The notes beneath the pieces are model-generated. The model was not told the DNA's origin. It saw only the letters and a program-made list of their open reading frames with translations, and made no database searches. The position numbers were made by a program, and so were the translations under genes. From assembly GCF_009914755.1 (NCBI RefSeq), contig NC_060938.1: DNA of 64,000 bases; one strand, given 5' to 3'. The stretch is from the human T2T-CHM13v2.0 reference genome, Homo sapiens. Below, in pieces: positions 38,423-51,620 of the stretch; the first letter of the stretch is position 1, and each line of letters begins with the position of its first letter.

Positions 38423-38800
38423 CAGTAGTTCTGAACCAGGGGTGAGTTTGCAGTAACTGGAGATATTTTTCTGCCCTACCTGGGGCAGGGCTGCTGCCAG
38501 GATTTCCCATTCAGAGTGATTTGAGAGGATCTCAGTCCACCTGTAAAGAGGAAAATACCCTCTTAGATTTGTAGGGCCACAGCCTCTTTTGCTGTGCCTG
38601 GAACATACTGGCAGACACCTTTCCTGCTGGGGATTTTGCAAAATCTGGGGACGTTTTTGGTGGTTATGCTTCGGGGAAGGGTGCTGCTAGCATCTAGTGT
38701 GTGAGGCTGGAAGTGCTGCTAACATCCTGCAGTGTACAGGGCAGCTGCCCACAACAGAATGATCTGGCTCAGAATGTCAGTAGTGCCAAAGTGGATAAAC
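38423..38800 (+). mobile_element. MER20 (hAT-Charlie) with internal foreign insertion at 38493-38628
   Basis: CAGTAGTTCTGAACCAGGGG start; GCATCTAGTG...TGCTGCTAACATCCTGCAGTGTACAGG...AATGTCAGTAGTGCC end; degenerate TSD CTCTAAAG/CTCTAGAA. Confidence 0.85.
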
Positions 38801-39346
38801 CTCTAGAACCACACTCCCCAGGGGTTCAGTAGACTTTCCCGAGTGGGCATGGAAAGGTAAACTCAACTCCCTTTCTGCACGACCCCTTTTTCTGGCCCAT
38901 GAGAGCCTATGCTGTGGCCAGTCGCTGTGACAGAATGGTTTTCTGCAGGGCATCCATGCTCACAGCAGGATCAGATGCCATCTTCATGCTTTGACTTGCC
39001 AAGGACATTCACCAATAAAATGCGCGTTCAGGGAGACAGCTGTCATGACACAACACGTTTTTCCCATGACACACATTTCTTCCGTCCCTCTCCAATAACC
39101 TCGACTCTTGAATGGGTGAGGGACATTTCCTCAAGAGCTGTTTATCTGGGCTTTGGGGCTGTCTTGTGAATTCTATTTAAAAATACTCAAAGTCCCTGAG
39201 ATCTTTGGATCTAAATAACATACTGGAACCTTCCCGTCCCCTCCTCTCCTTGGGGCTATGGTACCAACAGAAGATGAAAGCTTTATTTCATTTTCAAAAG
39301 TATTTTATATTTCTTTATTTTGTACCCTCTTGATAATTGATCCTCA

Positions 39347-39483
39347 GCTGCCAGGATTTCCCATTCAGAGTGATTCGAGAGGATGCCCAGGCCACCTGTA
39401 AAGAGGATAATACACTCTTAGATGTGTAGGGACACAGCCTCTTATGCTGTGCCTGGAACACACTGGCAGACCCCTTTCCTGCT
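39347..39483. repeat. Second copy of the ~136-bp local duplication (partner at 38493-38628)
   Basis: Hand alignment gives about 11 differences in 137 positions. Confidence 0.95.
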
Positions 39484-39598
39484 CCGAGTATGCGGTAAGG
39501 GGGCAAGAAGCTGTATGGTGGCTTCTCCCTGGAGAAGCAGCTTCAGCCCCTTGTGCTCCTGCACTCCTGTGCTTTAAGGGCGAGAACACATTGGATTC

Positions 39599-39877
39599 TT
39601 TTTTTTTGAGGTGGGGTTTCACTCTTGTTGCCCAGGCTCAAGTGCAAGGCACGATCTCAGCTCACTGCGACCTCTGCCTCCCAGGTTCAAGCAATTCTCC
39701 TGCCTCAGCCTCCTGAGTAGCTGGGATTACAGGCATAGGCCACCATGCCCAGCTAATTTTGTAGAGATGGGGTTTCTCCATGTTGGTCAGGCTGGTCTCG
39801 AACTCCTGACCTCAGGTGATCTGCCCGCCTTGGCCACCCAAAGTGCTGGGATTACAGTTATGAGCCACTGCGCCCGG
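39599..39877 (-). mobile_element. AluS (Sp/Sq-like) with shortened middle linker
   Basis: TTTCACTCTTGTTGCCCAGG; TTTCTCCATGTTGGTCAGG. Confidence 0.93.
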
Positions 39878-40931
39878 TGACCACATCTGATGCTGAACCA
39901 AAGGCAGCTCTTGGGAGGTGGCTCTGAGCCTCCCAGCCGCAAGGTAGGGGAGCTCAAAGATGTTTTAGGAGTAAGCTTGACAAGAGGGTATCAGGAAAAA
40001 TTGTTTTTCTTTGAATCTCCCCGGAATATATCATGTAATTCACCTCTTGAGGGGTCCTAGAAAGACCACTTGCCATCCCAATATCTAGCCAGTCCTGGAG
40101 TGGACCCAGTCAGAGTGCATGAACTGTGATACAAGGCCTATGTCTTGGTTTTTTTCACCTCCTGCAAGCTAGGAGCCTCCCAACTACCCACAGATTGGAA
40201 GGGACTTGGTGCAGGGATATGGCTTCGGGTGACAACCCACCTATCAGAGCTATTCAACCATTGAACAGCATGGCTGTCAGTCTGAGGTCGCAGTGATGTC
40301 AGGAGGTGGCAGTTTTGGCAGCTGACAGCCCTCACAGATGCCCTTGTGCAGAATGAACCTATCAAGCATTTTCTCTACTGGCTATGAAATGGAAAGTGAG
40401 GCAAGACATTCAGTTGCTGCACAGGAAGGAAAGCAGTCAGGGTGGTTGCCTGAGCGTCCAGGTCCCAGACAGGTCTGTTCTCCATGGAATACATTAAGGG
40501 ATTGATTTACCTGTCTTGGAGCTGCTTCACATTGCAGTAGAGGGACTGTGCCGAGTGTCATGCAATGGCCAGTTATCTTGCAGAACTTGTTTGTTTCTGC
40601 AATTATTAAAAGTTTTCCTGGCAGTTTTTTTGTTTTGACCGAGAGTCTTTCCTCCAAAAATCATTCTCTCCATCCTCTCAGAACCCTGGATAATTCTCTC
40701 CTGTTTGTCGTTTGCATACCATGTACCTGGAACTCTTATGTTCTGGTTAAGTATTCTAGCATAAGAGAGAGGAAGCAAAATAAGTCAGCAGAGGATACTT
40801 TCAGCATACTGTGACTTTTAGAATGTTCAGTTAGTGATACTAACGTTTCATAGCCTGTACCAATAATCAACTTTTCTTTCCCCTGAAGACAAAGTAGCAT
40901 GGTTGTGACCTATCTATACTGACTTGTTTTC

Positions 40932-41110
40932 TTCATGCATGCATTCAACAAATCTTAATTGAGTGCATGTTATGTTCTAGGCGTGGGGCTGGGCTGACCC
41001 TCTGGGAAATGACAAGATGAAATGAGACACATTCCTCCTTTCAAGAAAGTTTGTGTGGAATGTAGAAGATCATTCATTGGTTGAGGAGATTGTAAACTAT
41101 CCTGGAACAC
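40932..41110 (-). mobile_element. L2 3' fragment
   Basis: TTCATGCATGCATTCAACAAATCTTAATTGAGTG. Confidence 0.6.
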
Positions 41111-42214
41111 AGTGGTTTAGGATGAAACAAAGCAGTGCACAAATGAACGCTCTAGTCAGTGAGGCTCCATTAGAGGTTCCTCAAGGGTGGGGACTGCGTT
41201 GAGTGTCACGAGACTCCTAGGGTCAGCACAGTGCCCAGCGGCTGGTACGTGCTTTCTAAGTATCAGCTGAAATGCTACAGCAGCACGGCCTAGTGGGGAG
41301 GGAGAGAGAAAGGGAGGAAGAGAGGGGAAGGGATTGAGGAAACTGACCTAGATTATGGGCAGTGCTGGTCCCCCACTCTCAGCCCATGTGGCTTGGGAGA
41401 ATGAGCCTGTCTCTTGATGCTGTGAACTATCACCAAGAGATCCCCTACCTTGCTCCCCAAGTTCACCACCAGGCTTCTCTCCATCTCAGAGCTTATTGAA
41501 AGGACATGGAATCCTCTGGAGGGAGTTCTCCATTGAAAACAAAGACAATAAATTCCAAGTGGCAAATCTCATAGGTGGCCCTGAGTCCCTGTGATTTTTC
41601 CAGTCCACCCCTTAGTTGAAGTAAGGCAAAATTTGTTTTGGGGTTTCATAACAGTGATGTAAGTGCATTGCTTTGAAGCAGTTTTTGAGGGAGAGGGGAA
41701 AAGCCTGAGTTTTGGAGAACTACATTTGTGGAACCCAAGAAAGTGATACATCTTCCCTCCTCCCACCCCTCATTGGGGGAGATGACATGGGGCATACTTC
41801 CCTATGTGCTTTAGGGGGTCTCTACAGAAAGGGGGAAATGGGATTTTGCTCCTTGAGTTTGCTGAGGGTAGGACCTGCAGACTTGCTGTGGTGCCTTCAG
41901 AGCAAGAGGGAAAGAACACAGAAATAGATACCACCAAAAGGGATGAGGATTTCAGATGGCACACAGAGCCTGCTGAGCGCATAGCCATGCACCGCTGTGC
42001 TGTGCCTTTTCCTCTGACATCCCTTTGCCCACATATAGGAGACAATCCCCTTACAAAGAGCCAAGAGCAAGCCTGAAGGCTTCTGGGAGTCCAGTCGGCT
42101 TGGAAGTGAGGGAGGAAGCTGGGAAAGAGTGAGCTTAGGTCCGTGAACAGTGATGAGTTCATGAAAATATTTGAATCTACCTGAATAGAAAGATTATTTT
42201 AAACTAGGGAAAAT

Positions 42215-42730
42215 TTATTTTAAACTGGAAGAGGCTGAAAATATAAAGTCCACTAATCTTGTCTGTCTCCATGAGCTTTTACACATACGCACATGTGCAC
42301 ACACACGCTCGCCCATGTAATGTTCACTTAGGTCAAGATACAGACCAACCCACCACCCCAGAAGGAGCTCTTGTGCCCCTTTCCAATCTCTCCCCAAGAT
42401 AACCATTATTCTGACTTCCATCAATTAATCAATTTTGCCTATTCTTTAACTTAACATAAATGAAATGATATGTGTACTTTTTTGTGTCTGACTTTCTTCT
42501 CCTCAATATAACATTTATGAAATTTATCCAAGATTTTGCATGTATCATTTTTTTAATGCTGTGTATAATTCCACAGCATGAATAAACCACAATTTGTTTA
42601 TCCATTCACCTGTTGATGGAAATTTGAGTTATTTCTAATTTTTGTTTTTTTCAAATGAAACTGCCGTGAACATCTTGTGCATATCTTTTGGTGGACATAG
42701 GCACCCATGTCTCTCAGATGGATAAGATTC
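42215..42730 (-). mobile_element. Old L1M (L1MC/ME-type) fragment
   Basis: ACCACAATTTGTTTATCCATTCACCTGTTGATGGA; AACCATTATTCTGACTTC. Confidence 0.85.
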
Positions 42731-45218
42731 GAATTATAGGTTCCATAGGCCACATATAGGTAGGCCTATTTGTATCTTTATATTTGATTTGTTCTATTCT
42801 TCTGCCCATGACAAAGGTAGTAAACAGGGTGTCTTTGAGCAGGGAGGCTGAAAATGCTCTCTTGTGAGCAGGGTAAGTAGATGGCTTGTGCTGGTGCAGA
42901 AAGGCAGGATGCTGGAGAAATCCCAGGGGAAGCATGGCACCAGTCCAACCAGAGACTAGGGAAGACTCATTAAGAATAACTTTTTACTACATGTAGGTCC
43001 AGGGAAAGCTGACATGGGAATAATGATTAAAAGGAATCAAGTAAAGGGGCAGAGAGGTAGATTTAAGTAATGGAAAGATTTTTGGTCTGCTTTCTAGTTT
43101 TGTCCTCTAGCACAATACGAAATAATTGGCTGTGGGTATATTACAGGATCCCTTAGATCTTATTGTCTCATTTATAAAATATAAAGGCTGTACAGGGTAG
43201 TTCCTAAATGGCCTTTGAGCTTTCATCTTCTCATAATTGCATCAATAATGGCTTAGTTGTAAATGACCAATTCTAGTAATAGGAGAAAATCGCATGGAAA
43301 TTACTGAGAAAAGCCCAGTTTACTTCATGCTGTTATCTTAACATCCACAACTACATGTCGAGAGAATACGAAAATGTGTTCTTAGGCTTTTCCTTGTTCA
43401 ACCAGTCTAGCCATGTGCCATTGGTCCTTCAAGGGCAGTGGCTGAGCCTCTTTTCTTCCTCCCCCACTTTTTGCTCCCTACCAGACAACCTTCTCCCATA
43501 GGTGCTAGTCTGTTTCCTCCCTGACTCGCATTCCTGCAGCCAATGCACCTGCTGGTCTGCTGGCTGTTGTTTCTCACTCACTGAAAACCAGATCTCAGGA
43601 TGGACATAGGTTGGTGGACCATTTTCTTCCAGTCATTCATTCATTCACTTACAGATTAACTCCAGTTACAGTCACTGTAGCTAGCATCACATACACTAAG
43701 CTATCTCTCATACTCTTCCAGACATTGCCTAAGGCTGTGGCCACCCAGCCCCTGCCCTACTGGGTGGAGCCCACACTTGTGATATCTCAGAGTGCTTCCT
43801 CCAACCAAAGAACCCAGCCTTCTGCAGGAGGGACACCCCTTTCCCCCTCAGACAGTCCTGATTCTGGCATATTACCAGAGGCCAGTCTTTCCTGATCTCC
43901 TCCTATCCTGAGACGTTCTAGGCCTCCTTGAGTTCCAGTTCGCTCTTTCAAGAGCTGCACCAAAACATCTTTACAACTTGTGTTTATTATTTGCTGAAGT
44001 TTAGCTATCTTAATAAAGAATTATACTTGTGATGAAGTCAGGGCCAGGTCAGTTTGTCTTTCTATTCTTGGTTCTTAGCTTGTTATCTGGTATATACAAA
44101 ATGTTTCATGAAAATTCTTCGTATTGAAGAAAGGGAAGGGTTTTGCCAAAAGCCCTACTCAAGGCTGGGAGGTACTGACGCATTACTGACACCTAGGGAT
44201 AGGCTACCTAAATTGCAGGGTCATGGACTATGACAAAACAGAGTGTTAGTAGTGAACATCTCAGGTAATACCACATAACTTTTTAAAGGGGAAAGGTCTT
44301 CCTAATTTCTATAAATAGTTCAAACTTTCAGACTTAGAATAGTCCTGCACTTGTGGCAGTGCCCTCATAGATCCAGAAAGAACTGATGTTATCTGATCTT
44401 GGGGAAAGTCCCCGCCTTGGGTTTGTAAATATCCTTACTGACGGTTTCTAGACATTTATGCACGACGTTTTGTCATGTGGGATCCAGCACATATTTCTGA
44501 CCTGGCGAAAACTAAGAATATCTCAATCATAAAAATAACCAGAAAATCATAAAACAGAAATCTGGCCCAAGATTTTCTCTGGAAAAGTAAGAAGCTGCTT
44601 TGAAAGGTGAAAATAGACCAGTGAGCCCCCGCATTGGAACAGATTATTCCAAAAATTGTGAGCAAAGGTCTTTTTCTGTATTGTGCAAGTTAATCTCCTT
44701 TGCCCCTTTTTGTGGCTGAAATGCATGCCTAATCTGCATATGAGTGCCTGCCCCAGGTGGGATGGGGCATGCTGGGATTCCTAAAATTCAGCTGGCTTGC
44801 TTGAAGAGGGCTATCAGGCTAGATTTCATGTCTCAACAATTTCTAGCCGGTCTCCCTGAGCTGGCAAGCACCGCTCAGTTTATAATAGTGCCTGGCACAT
44901 GGTAGGTCCAGTGTTTATTAAACTAACAGATATTCCCAACAGGTGTGGGCAGCAGTGCTGCTAATTAGCAGTAACATAGCCGCATGGCAGGGACAGGAAA
45001 GGGGAGCCTTCTGTGTGTCCCTACTATATGCAATGTATGACTCCAATCTCAAAAGAAGCAGAGAATACTCAGCCAAATATTTGCATTGATTCCTGCCAAC
45101 ACCATTTTTTTGTGATTTGTATGTTCCCTTCCCCACCCCCCACCCCCTGTACTGTTAACTTCATATTTGAAGGGGGTTATACTTTTAGGTTATTTGTGAA
45201 TTGAGTCAGCTCATGTAA

Positions 45219-45409
45219 CAGTGATTCTCAAAGTGTGGTCCCAAAACCAGTGGGATGGGCATCACCTGGGAACTTGTTACAAATGCAGATTATTGGGTCC
45301 CACCCCAGACCTACTGAATCAAAAATCCTGGAGGTGGGTCCAGCAATCAGTGTTATAATGAGCCTACCAGATGATTCTAATGCACATTGAAGTTTGAAAA
45401 CCACCATTG
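45219..45409. mobile_element. MER5A (hAT-Charlie)
   Basis: CAGTGATTCTCAAAGTGTGGTCC...CCCAGACCTACTGAATCA...AGTTTGAAAACCA. Confidence 0.9.
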
Positions 45410-46125
45410 TTTAAGGATCACAACAAATCCAACAGCACTGTCAGAAGAACAACTCCTTATTCTAATGGGTCAGGTGCTTTCTGTGTTGGCTGTCCTGCAG
45501 AGCATCTCTAGTGATAGTTGTATTTTCAGGATTAGAGGTGCAAAACTAATGGGAGTTTAAGAAGGAAGTTTGAGCCTTTACTGCTGGGAGAATCACAAGC
45601 CAAGTTTATTTCTCTTCCATTATTTGTATGGTAGCTAAAACTGCCAAGGACTACTGTGATCCATTGAAACATCAGTGTATCACATCTCTTCTTACATCTG
45701 AGCTGGCATTTTGGGTGTAGTGCTTCAGTAACAGTTGTATTCCCAAGCAAATAAAATCTTAGCCACCAGAAATCTTGAGTTGGACTAGACAAAGGCACCT
45801 CTCCAGATAGCAGCTGTTGTTGGAATTGAATATAAGAGATGCTTAATCAATGTTTGTGTAATTGAATAGAATGGGAAATGAATGGCTCACTCCAAACTTT
45901 ATACAAGACAGATGAAGGCAACTTCGATCTTAACCTTTATGATACATAGCATTTTGTACTACCCTTGAGAAAATCTCAGTCTCGGGTTATCATAGACTCA
46001 ATTGGCTATCATGGGAAATTCTGTCTCAGTGATGCTCCATATCTATTTAATTGAGGTTTATTATCAATTTGAAAAATGGAAAATTCACCTCACATATTTT
46101 AAATAGCCAAGATAGCCAGAGTGTA

Positions 46126-46465
46126 TGTTGTGGTTTCAATATGTCCCCAAGAGTTCTTGTGTTAGGAGCTTGGTTGCCTTTGCAGTAGTGTTGAGACGTG
46201 GGGCCCTTGGGAGGTGATTGAATCGATGCTGTTATCATGGGAATGAGTTTGCTATCTTGGGAGTGGGGTCCTGATATAAATGATACATTTGGCTGCCATT
46301 TTCTCTTGTTTCATGTGCTTGCTTCCACCTTCCCCCTTCCACCATGGGACAATCCTCTCCAGATGCCTGTGCCATGCTCTTGGACTTCCCAGCCTCCAGA
46401 ACTGTGAGAAATAAATTTCTTTATAAATTACTGAGCATTCTATTATAGCAGCACAGACTAAGACA
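46126..46465 (+). mobile_element. MSTD/MLT1A-type LTR (MaLR)
   Basis: TGTTGTGGTTTCAATATGTCCCC...GACTAAGACA; perfect TSD GTGTA. Confidence 0.88.
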
Positions 46466-47609
46466 GTGTAAGAAAGCTCTTATATTATAACTCTCTCCTT
46501 CTATTTGTATTCAGGTTTTCTCTTAATTCTGGAAAGTTTGGGCAGCAGCTGGGAATGGGAATTTATTATAAGACATCCCTTCAGTGTCTCTACAGAATTG
46601 CTTTAATTAAAGTACTTTGTTTTATTTGTCCCCATTTAATTATAATTCACATCAGAGAAAGCTATTGTTAAAATATTTTGGTTAGTTCAGTGTGGGGAAT
46701 GGGATTTTCCATCCCTTGACCTTCATGACTCAGTAAGGAGCAGATAAAATAATTTTCTTTGCTGGGTGATTATTATGCCTCAGGGACAAGTCATATTTAA
46801 GACCTGATAGTTTGATTCAAGCTCTCATAATTGCTGTGCAGACAGTGTTCAAAGCCAAAGTCTTCCTGATCATAAGGTGCTGAGAGGACATTCATTTTTT
46901 GCCATCATTCAGAGCTCTGCAAGAGAGCAAATTGCTTGTTACTTAAATGTGTTACCTTTGAAGAATAAAAATCTGAATTGACACTGCTGTTATTTGAGCC
47001 TTCAGGTGTAGGGACTTGGAGCACCTATGTATACCATGGAATGTGGCTTAACAGGACTAAACTGATTCCTTCTGCATAATGTGCTATATACTGATTTGCA
47101 CTGTATGGAGTAAAACCTCTTCAACCATATTTGAAAGATTGATATTTACTCTAAAAAGCCTATACCTTGATGATATGGTAAAATAATCAGGTTCTCTATA
47201 ACCTTGAATACTAGTAAGCTGTTTCTTTGCCTTCCTAATAACATGAGGGTTTTTAGTTTTTGTTTTTAACCAGCATTTGAGTACCTACTATGTGCCTAAT
47301 AGAGTCAGAGTGACTCACATTAAAATTAACTAGAGTTACCAAAAATTTGTCCTTCTTACACAAATATGCAATGACAACAGAATGATTATCAGTAATAAAT
47401 GTATGTGCACTTGCAGATTACTAAGTGACTGATTTACCACAAAAAAGGAAAGGAACATTACTTAGATTTGTTGCTGTCCACTCCTTGTTTTTCATTATGG
47501 TTCAGTTTGGATTTTCACCACAATTCAGACATGAAAACTATTCTTTCCATAATGAAATCAGGTGTGAGGTTTTTTTTCTCATTCTTTTCTTTAGAAAATG
47601 TATAGCTTA

Positions 47610-47935
47610 GGCCAGGCGCAGTGGCTCACGCCTGTAATCCCAGCACTTTGGGAGGCCGAGGTGGGCGGATCATGCGGTCAAGAGATCGAGACTATCCTGG
47701 CTAACATGGTGAAACCCCATCTCTACTAAAAATACAAACACATTAGCCGGGCCTGGTGGCACACGCCTGTAGTCCTAGCTACTCAGTGGTACATGCCTGT
47801 AGTCCCAGCTACTCGGGAGGCTGAGGCAGGAGAATCGCTTGAACCCGGGAGGCGGAGGTTGCTGTGAGTCGAGATCGTGCCAAGAGAGACTCCATCTCAA
47901 AAAAAAAAAAAAAAAAAGCAAGCAAGAAAGTAAGA
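47610..47935 (+). mobile_element. AluSc-like with 30-bp internal duplication and 3' deletion
   Basis: GGTCAAGAGATCGAGACTATCCTGG; flanking ATAGCTTA repeat. Confidence 0.92.
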
Positions 47936-49848
47936 AAGAATAGCTTATATTTTCTATTAACTCCAACCAAGCAAAATTTAAAATGCTAGGTTGCACTCCT
48001 TGCACTCCGTAGTGCAACCCAATAGCACCATGGCTTTTTAATTCCCTGAGAGAGAGATGGTGGACAGGGTGTTCTGGGAAACTGCTGACAGTAACATCTG
48101 TCCATACCGAAAGTCAAGTGAAAACTTGGTTCACATGAGAGCAAATGAAAATATGATGTTTTTAAAGAGGCTGGGAAAAAGTCAGAGAAGTGCTCCCACT
48201 ATTTTAGATGAGCTCAGCAGCAAGTTTCTAGTAGGTAAGAGGGAAAATCCATTGTGGGGAAATGTGCCAATGACTGTTTTTGGTTAAAGGTTTGAATGGG
48301 CACGATTTAGCAGAACTTTACAAAGCTGTGTCTTGAAGAGCTTTGGAAAAACATTTAGTGTTGTTGTCGTTGATGATTTTTTTTCATACTCTCTGTTGTT
48401 CAGGTTATATGTGACTGAAAGAAAGAATGATGTAGTTTCAGTTACTTCCATGACCCACCCCGGGCTAGCACCTCCTTCAGCCACATGGTAAGGTCCCAGA
48501 AACATTTGATAGAGACCACATGAAAGTAGATGCTTATGCAGATGTGACTTTTGAAATACATTCTTCCTGGCTTTCAGATGTGCTATTAATTGCAGGTTTA
48601 AAAGCCCTTTTTTGTTTGATCTGATAAGGTAGGCTTACTTTATGTCACCTTAAAATGAGGTTAAGCCAAGAATTGCAAGATATAAAGTATTCAATGACTA
48701 CTCTCCATTTCTGCTGGGAAAAAGACCATCTGCTTAGGTAATTGCATTGTAATACTCAAACCTGGCTGAATTGCTTCTGTCCCTGCAAACGTCTCTTCTG
48801 TCTTTTACATTCACAGTCATATATCTCTCCTGCATGTAGATCCAAGACCCAGTGTAGCCTTTTGTATAATTTGTAGGATTAATAGACTCTGGGTCTGGCC
48901 TAGTACTTATATTGTAGGTCTATAAATTATCATAATAACATAGGTATAATTGCAGGTAGAGTTTTATATCTGGGTCTGCAGTGGTTTGATCATTGACTCA
49001 CTGAGAACAATTATTAATCTTCAACTCCAAGGTAGGACACACAGTTCCAATTGGTACATAAATAGTACATACATTTACATTACAGCAGGGGGACATTGTC
49101 TTTGAAAGAACATGAATAATACGTTAAACCTGGAAGCTGGGAGGGGGACATACAGTAAGTGGGAAAAGAGATATTGCAGAAAGTTTAAAAACAGAGAAGA
49201 AGAAAATAAAATAAATACCAAAGCAAGCATGCTGATATCTTAAATTAGGTGCAAGGAATTCTTTTTCCTTCTGTGCCTCAGAGCTGCCTCTATGTGGCCA
49301 TATGTGCCTTGAGGGGGAAGGAGTATAGTAAGCTTTGGGAATGATGATTCTTCATCTTGCAGGATGTAGTTGCTCGTGTTGGCTCAACTCAGGGTAAATA
49401 TTCTAGATGATTGATGTATGAAATCCTAATAGTATGCCATTTAGGAGTTTGTTTACCATCAGTCTCCACATTCAGACTTTTTCTTGTGGGTTTGAATGTT
49501 CTGTAGTTTCTGTAATATTGAATTCAAAGGTTTGCTTTTGATTGGACTTTCCTAATTAAAAGCAAATTTATTGTCCCTACACCTTGCCTCTACTTAGCCC
49601 AATCTCACACACCCTGTGAGGCTTTTTCCCAGATGTTATTTCTCCTTCTTGAAGCTTCTTATAGGCAGAAACTGGACCTCATTCATCTTTTTATCTTTTA
49701 CAGTGCTCTCGCAAATATTTATTGAATAAATAAATGACATAATTTATACAGTCTGTGAGGCTTACAAATACCTTCTTTAAGCTATTAGTAAAACAAAAGT
49801 ACTGGCACAAAGTGATTTCTTGTTCATATAACAGAAGTATTTTACTTT

Positions 49849-49851
<3 letters not shown>

Positions 49852-49894
<43 letters not shown>
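49852..49894. repeat. (AC)21 microsatellite
   Basis: Direct observation. Confidence 0.97.
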
Positions 49895-49900
<6 letters not shown>

Positions 49901-50309
49901 GGGAGAGAAAGAGAGAGAAGCCCAACCCAACAAACCACTTAAGGGAAACCATGAAAATGGTATCTTTGTTGAGAGTTAATGAGTTTATAGTTAATTTATG
50001 CTTTCCCTGGAATACATATTATACTCATTATGTACAAGTAAACTATGACTGTTTTTACACCTATCACAGATATTCCAGATCTTAAAATGCTCTGTTTGAA
50101 ATAAAAGGCAGAAGGGGGGACTTGGGCATATTCCCTTATAGTTATTCTTGTGTCTCTTATGGAATAGATGCAAAAAAGTCTAATTTGCCTTTCTGTCACT
50201 TGGCAAAGTTTATTATTTGCTTAAGCACAAGAAGATAAATGTTTTATCCTACTGGCAAAAAGTATTGTTTGCACAAATGTAAAATTCTGTTAAATGTATT
50301 TATATGTAT

Positions 50310-50848
50310 TGTCTTAGTCAGGGTTCTCTAGAGGGACAGGACTAATAGGATAGATAGATGTACATATGAAAGGGAGTTTATTAAGGAGTATTGACTCACA
50401 TCATCACAAGGTCAAGTCCCACAGTAGGCCATCTGCAAGCTGAGGAGCAAGGAAGCCAGTCCGAGTCCCAAAACCTCAAAAGTAGGGAAGCCAACAGTGT
50501 GCCCGAAGGCCCAAGAGCCCCTGGCAAACCACTGGTGTAAATCCAAGAGTCCAAAAGCCGAAGAACTTGGAGTCTGATGTTCAAGGGCAGGAAGCATCCA
50601 GCGTGGGAGAAAAATAAAGACCAGAAGACTCGGCAAGTCTAGTCCTTCCATGTTCTTCTGCTTGCTTTATTCTGGCTGTGCTGGCAGTTGATTAGATGGT
50701 GCCCACCCAGATTGAGAGTGGGTCTGCCTCTCCCAGTCCACTGACTCAAATGTTAATCTCCTTTGGCAAGAACCTCACAGACACCCCCAGTGACAATACT
50801 TTGCATTCTTCAATCTAATCAAGGTGACACTCAGTATTAACCATCACA
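50310..50848 (-). mobile_element. MLT2A (A2-like) solo LTR (HERV-L)
   Basis: TAGTCAGGGTTCTCTAGAGGGACAG...CAGTATTAACCATCACA; perfect TSD TGTAT. Confidence 0.92.
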
Positions 50849-51143
50849 TGTATGTTTCTATTTGAGTGTTTCTGTAAATGACATGCTTTAGTTTTTGACA
50901 AGTCAAATCCTACCAAAATACCCTCATAGAAAACTCTTGATGAGAGTAATGGTTATATCCAAGTCCTCTCAATAACAAATTTATTTCAATCAATATTTAA
51001 TATCACAAAATAACAGTATGACAAATGAAGGATAGAATGTGGTTAACTAGTGTAGAGTGTGAATTATTTGGACTGGATTGTGAAGTAGATGTAACTGATA
51101 CTCATGGATGAACTTGCAGTAATTATAGATAATAAAAAATTAC

Positions 51144-51422
51144 CAGCCAAGTGCTGTGGCTCATGCCTGTAATCCCAACACTTTGGGAGGCTGAGGTGAG
51201 CGGATTACTGAGCCCAGGAGTTCCAAACCAGCCTGGGCAACATGGGGAGACCCCATCTCTACAAAAAATGTAAAAAGCCAGGTGTGGTAGTGTGTACTTT
51301 TATGTAATCCCAGCTACTCAGGAGGCTGAAATTGGAGGATTGCTTGAGCTTGAGTCAAGGCCGCAATGAGCTCAGGCCACTGTACTTGAGCCTGGGTGAC
51401 AAAGACCCTGTCTCAAAAAAAA
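51144..51422 (+). mobile_element. AluJ
   Basis: GAGCCCAGGAGTTC, CCTGGGCAACATGG and GACCCTGTCTC. Confidence 0.9.
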
Positions 51423-51429
51423 TTATAAT

Positions 51430-51620
51430 GCGTACATAATTTTTTCACACATCAACCACTTTCCTAACAAGTCATTGATCCTCAAAATAATCCTGTGAGT
51501 ATTATTCTCTTCTATGTAAATGGAGGAACTGAGTATCTAATAGGTGATTGCCACATCTAGGCAGCTGGCGTGGAGGGTGTTGAAGATTTGAGTCCGGTGC
51601 CTTTGACCCCAAAGCCTATG
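51430..51620 (-). mobile_element. MIR
   Basis: GATCCTCAAAATAATCCTGTGAG..GAGGAACTGAG. Confidence 0.55.

Noticed and set aside
41294-41335. Possible G-quadruplex
   Set aside because: G-runs are separated by 9-nt loops; more simply a purine-rich low-complexity tract.
49081-49097. CTCF-like CAGCAGGGGGAC
   Set aside because: Mismatches at key positions; not supportable from sequence alone.
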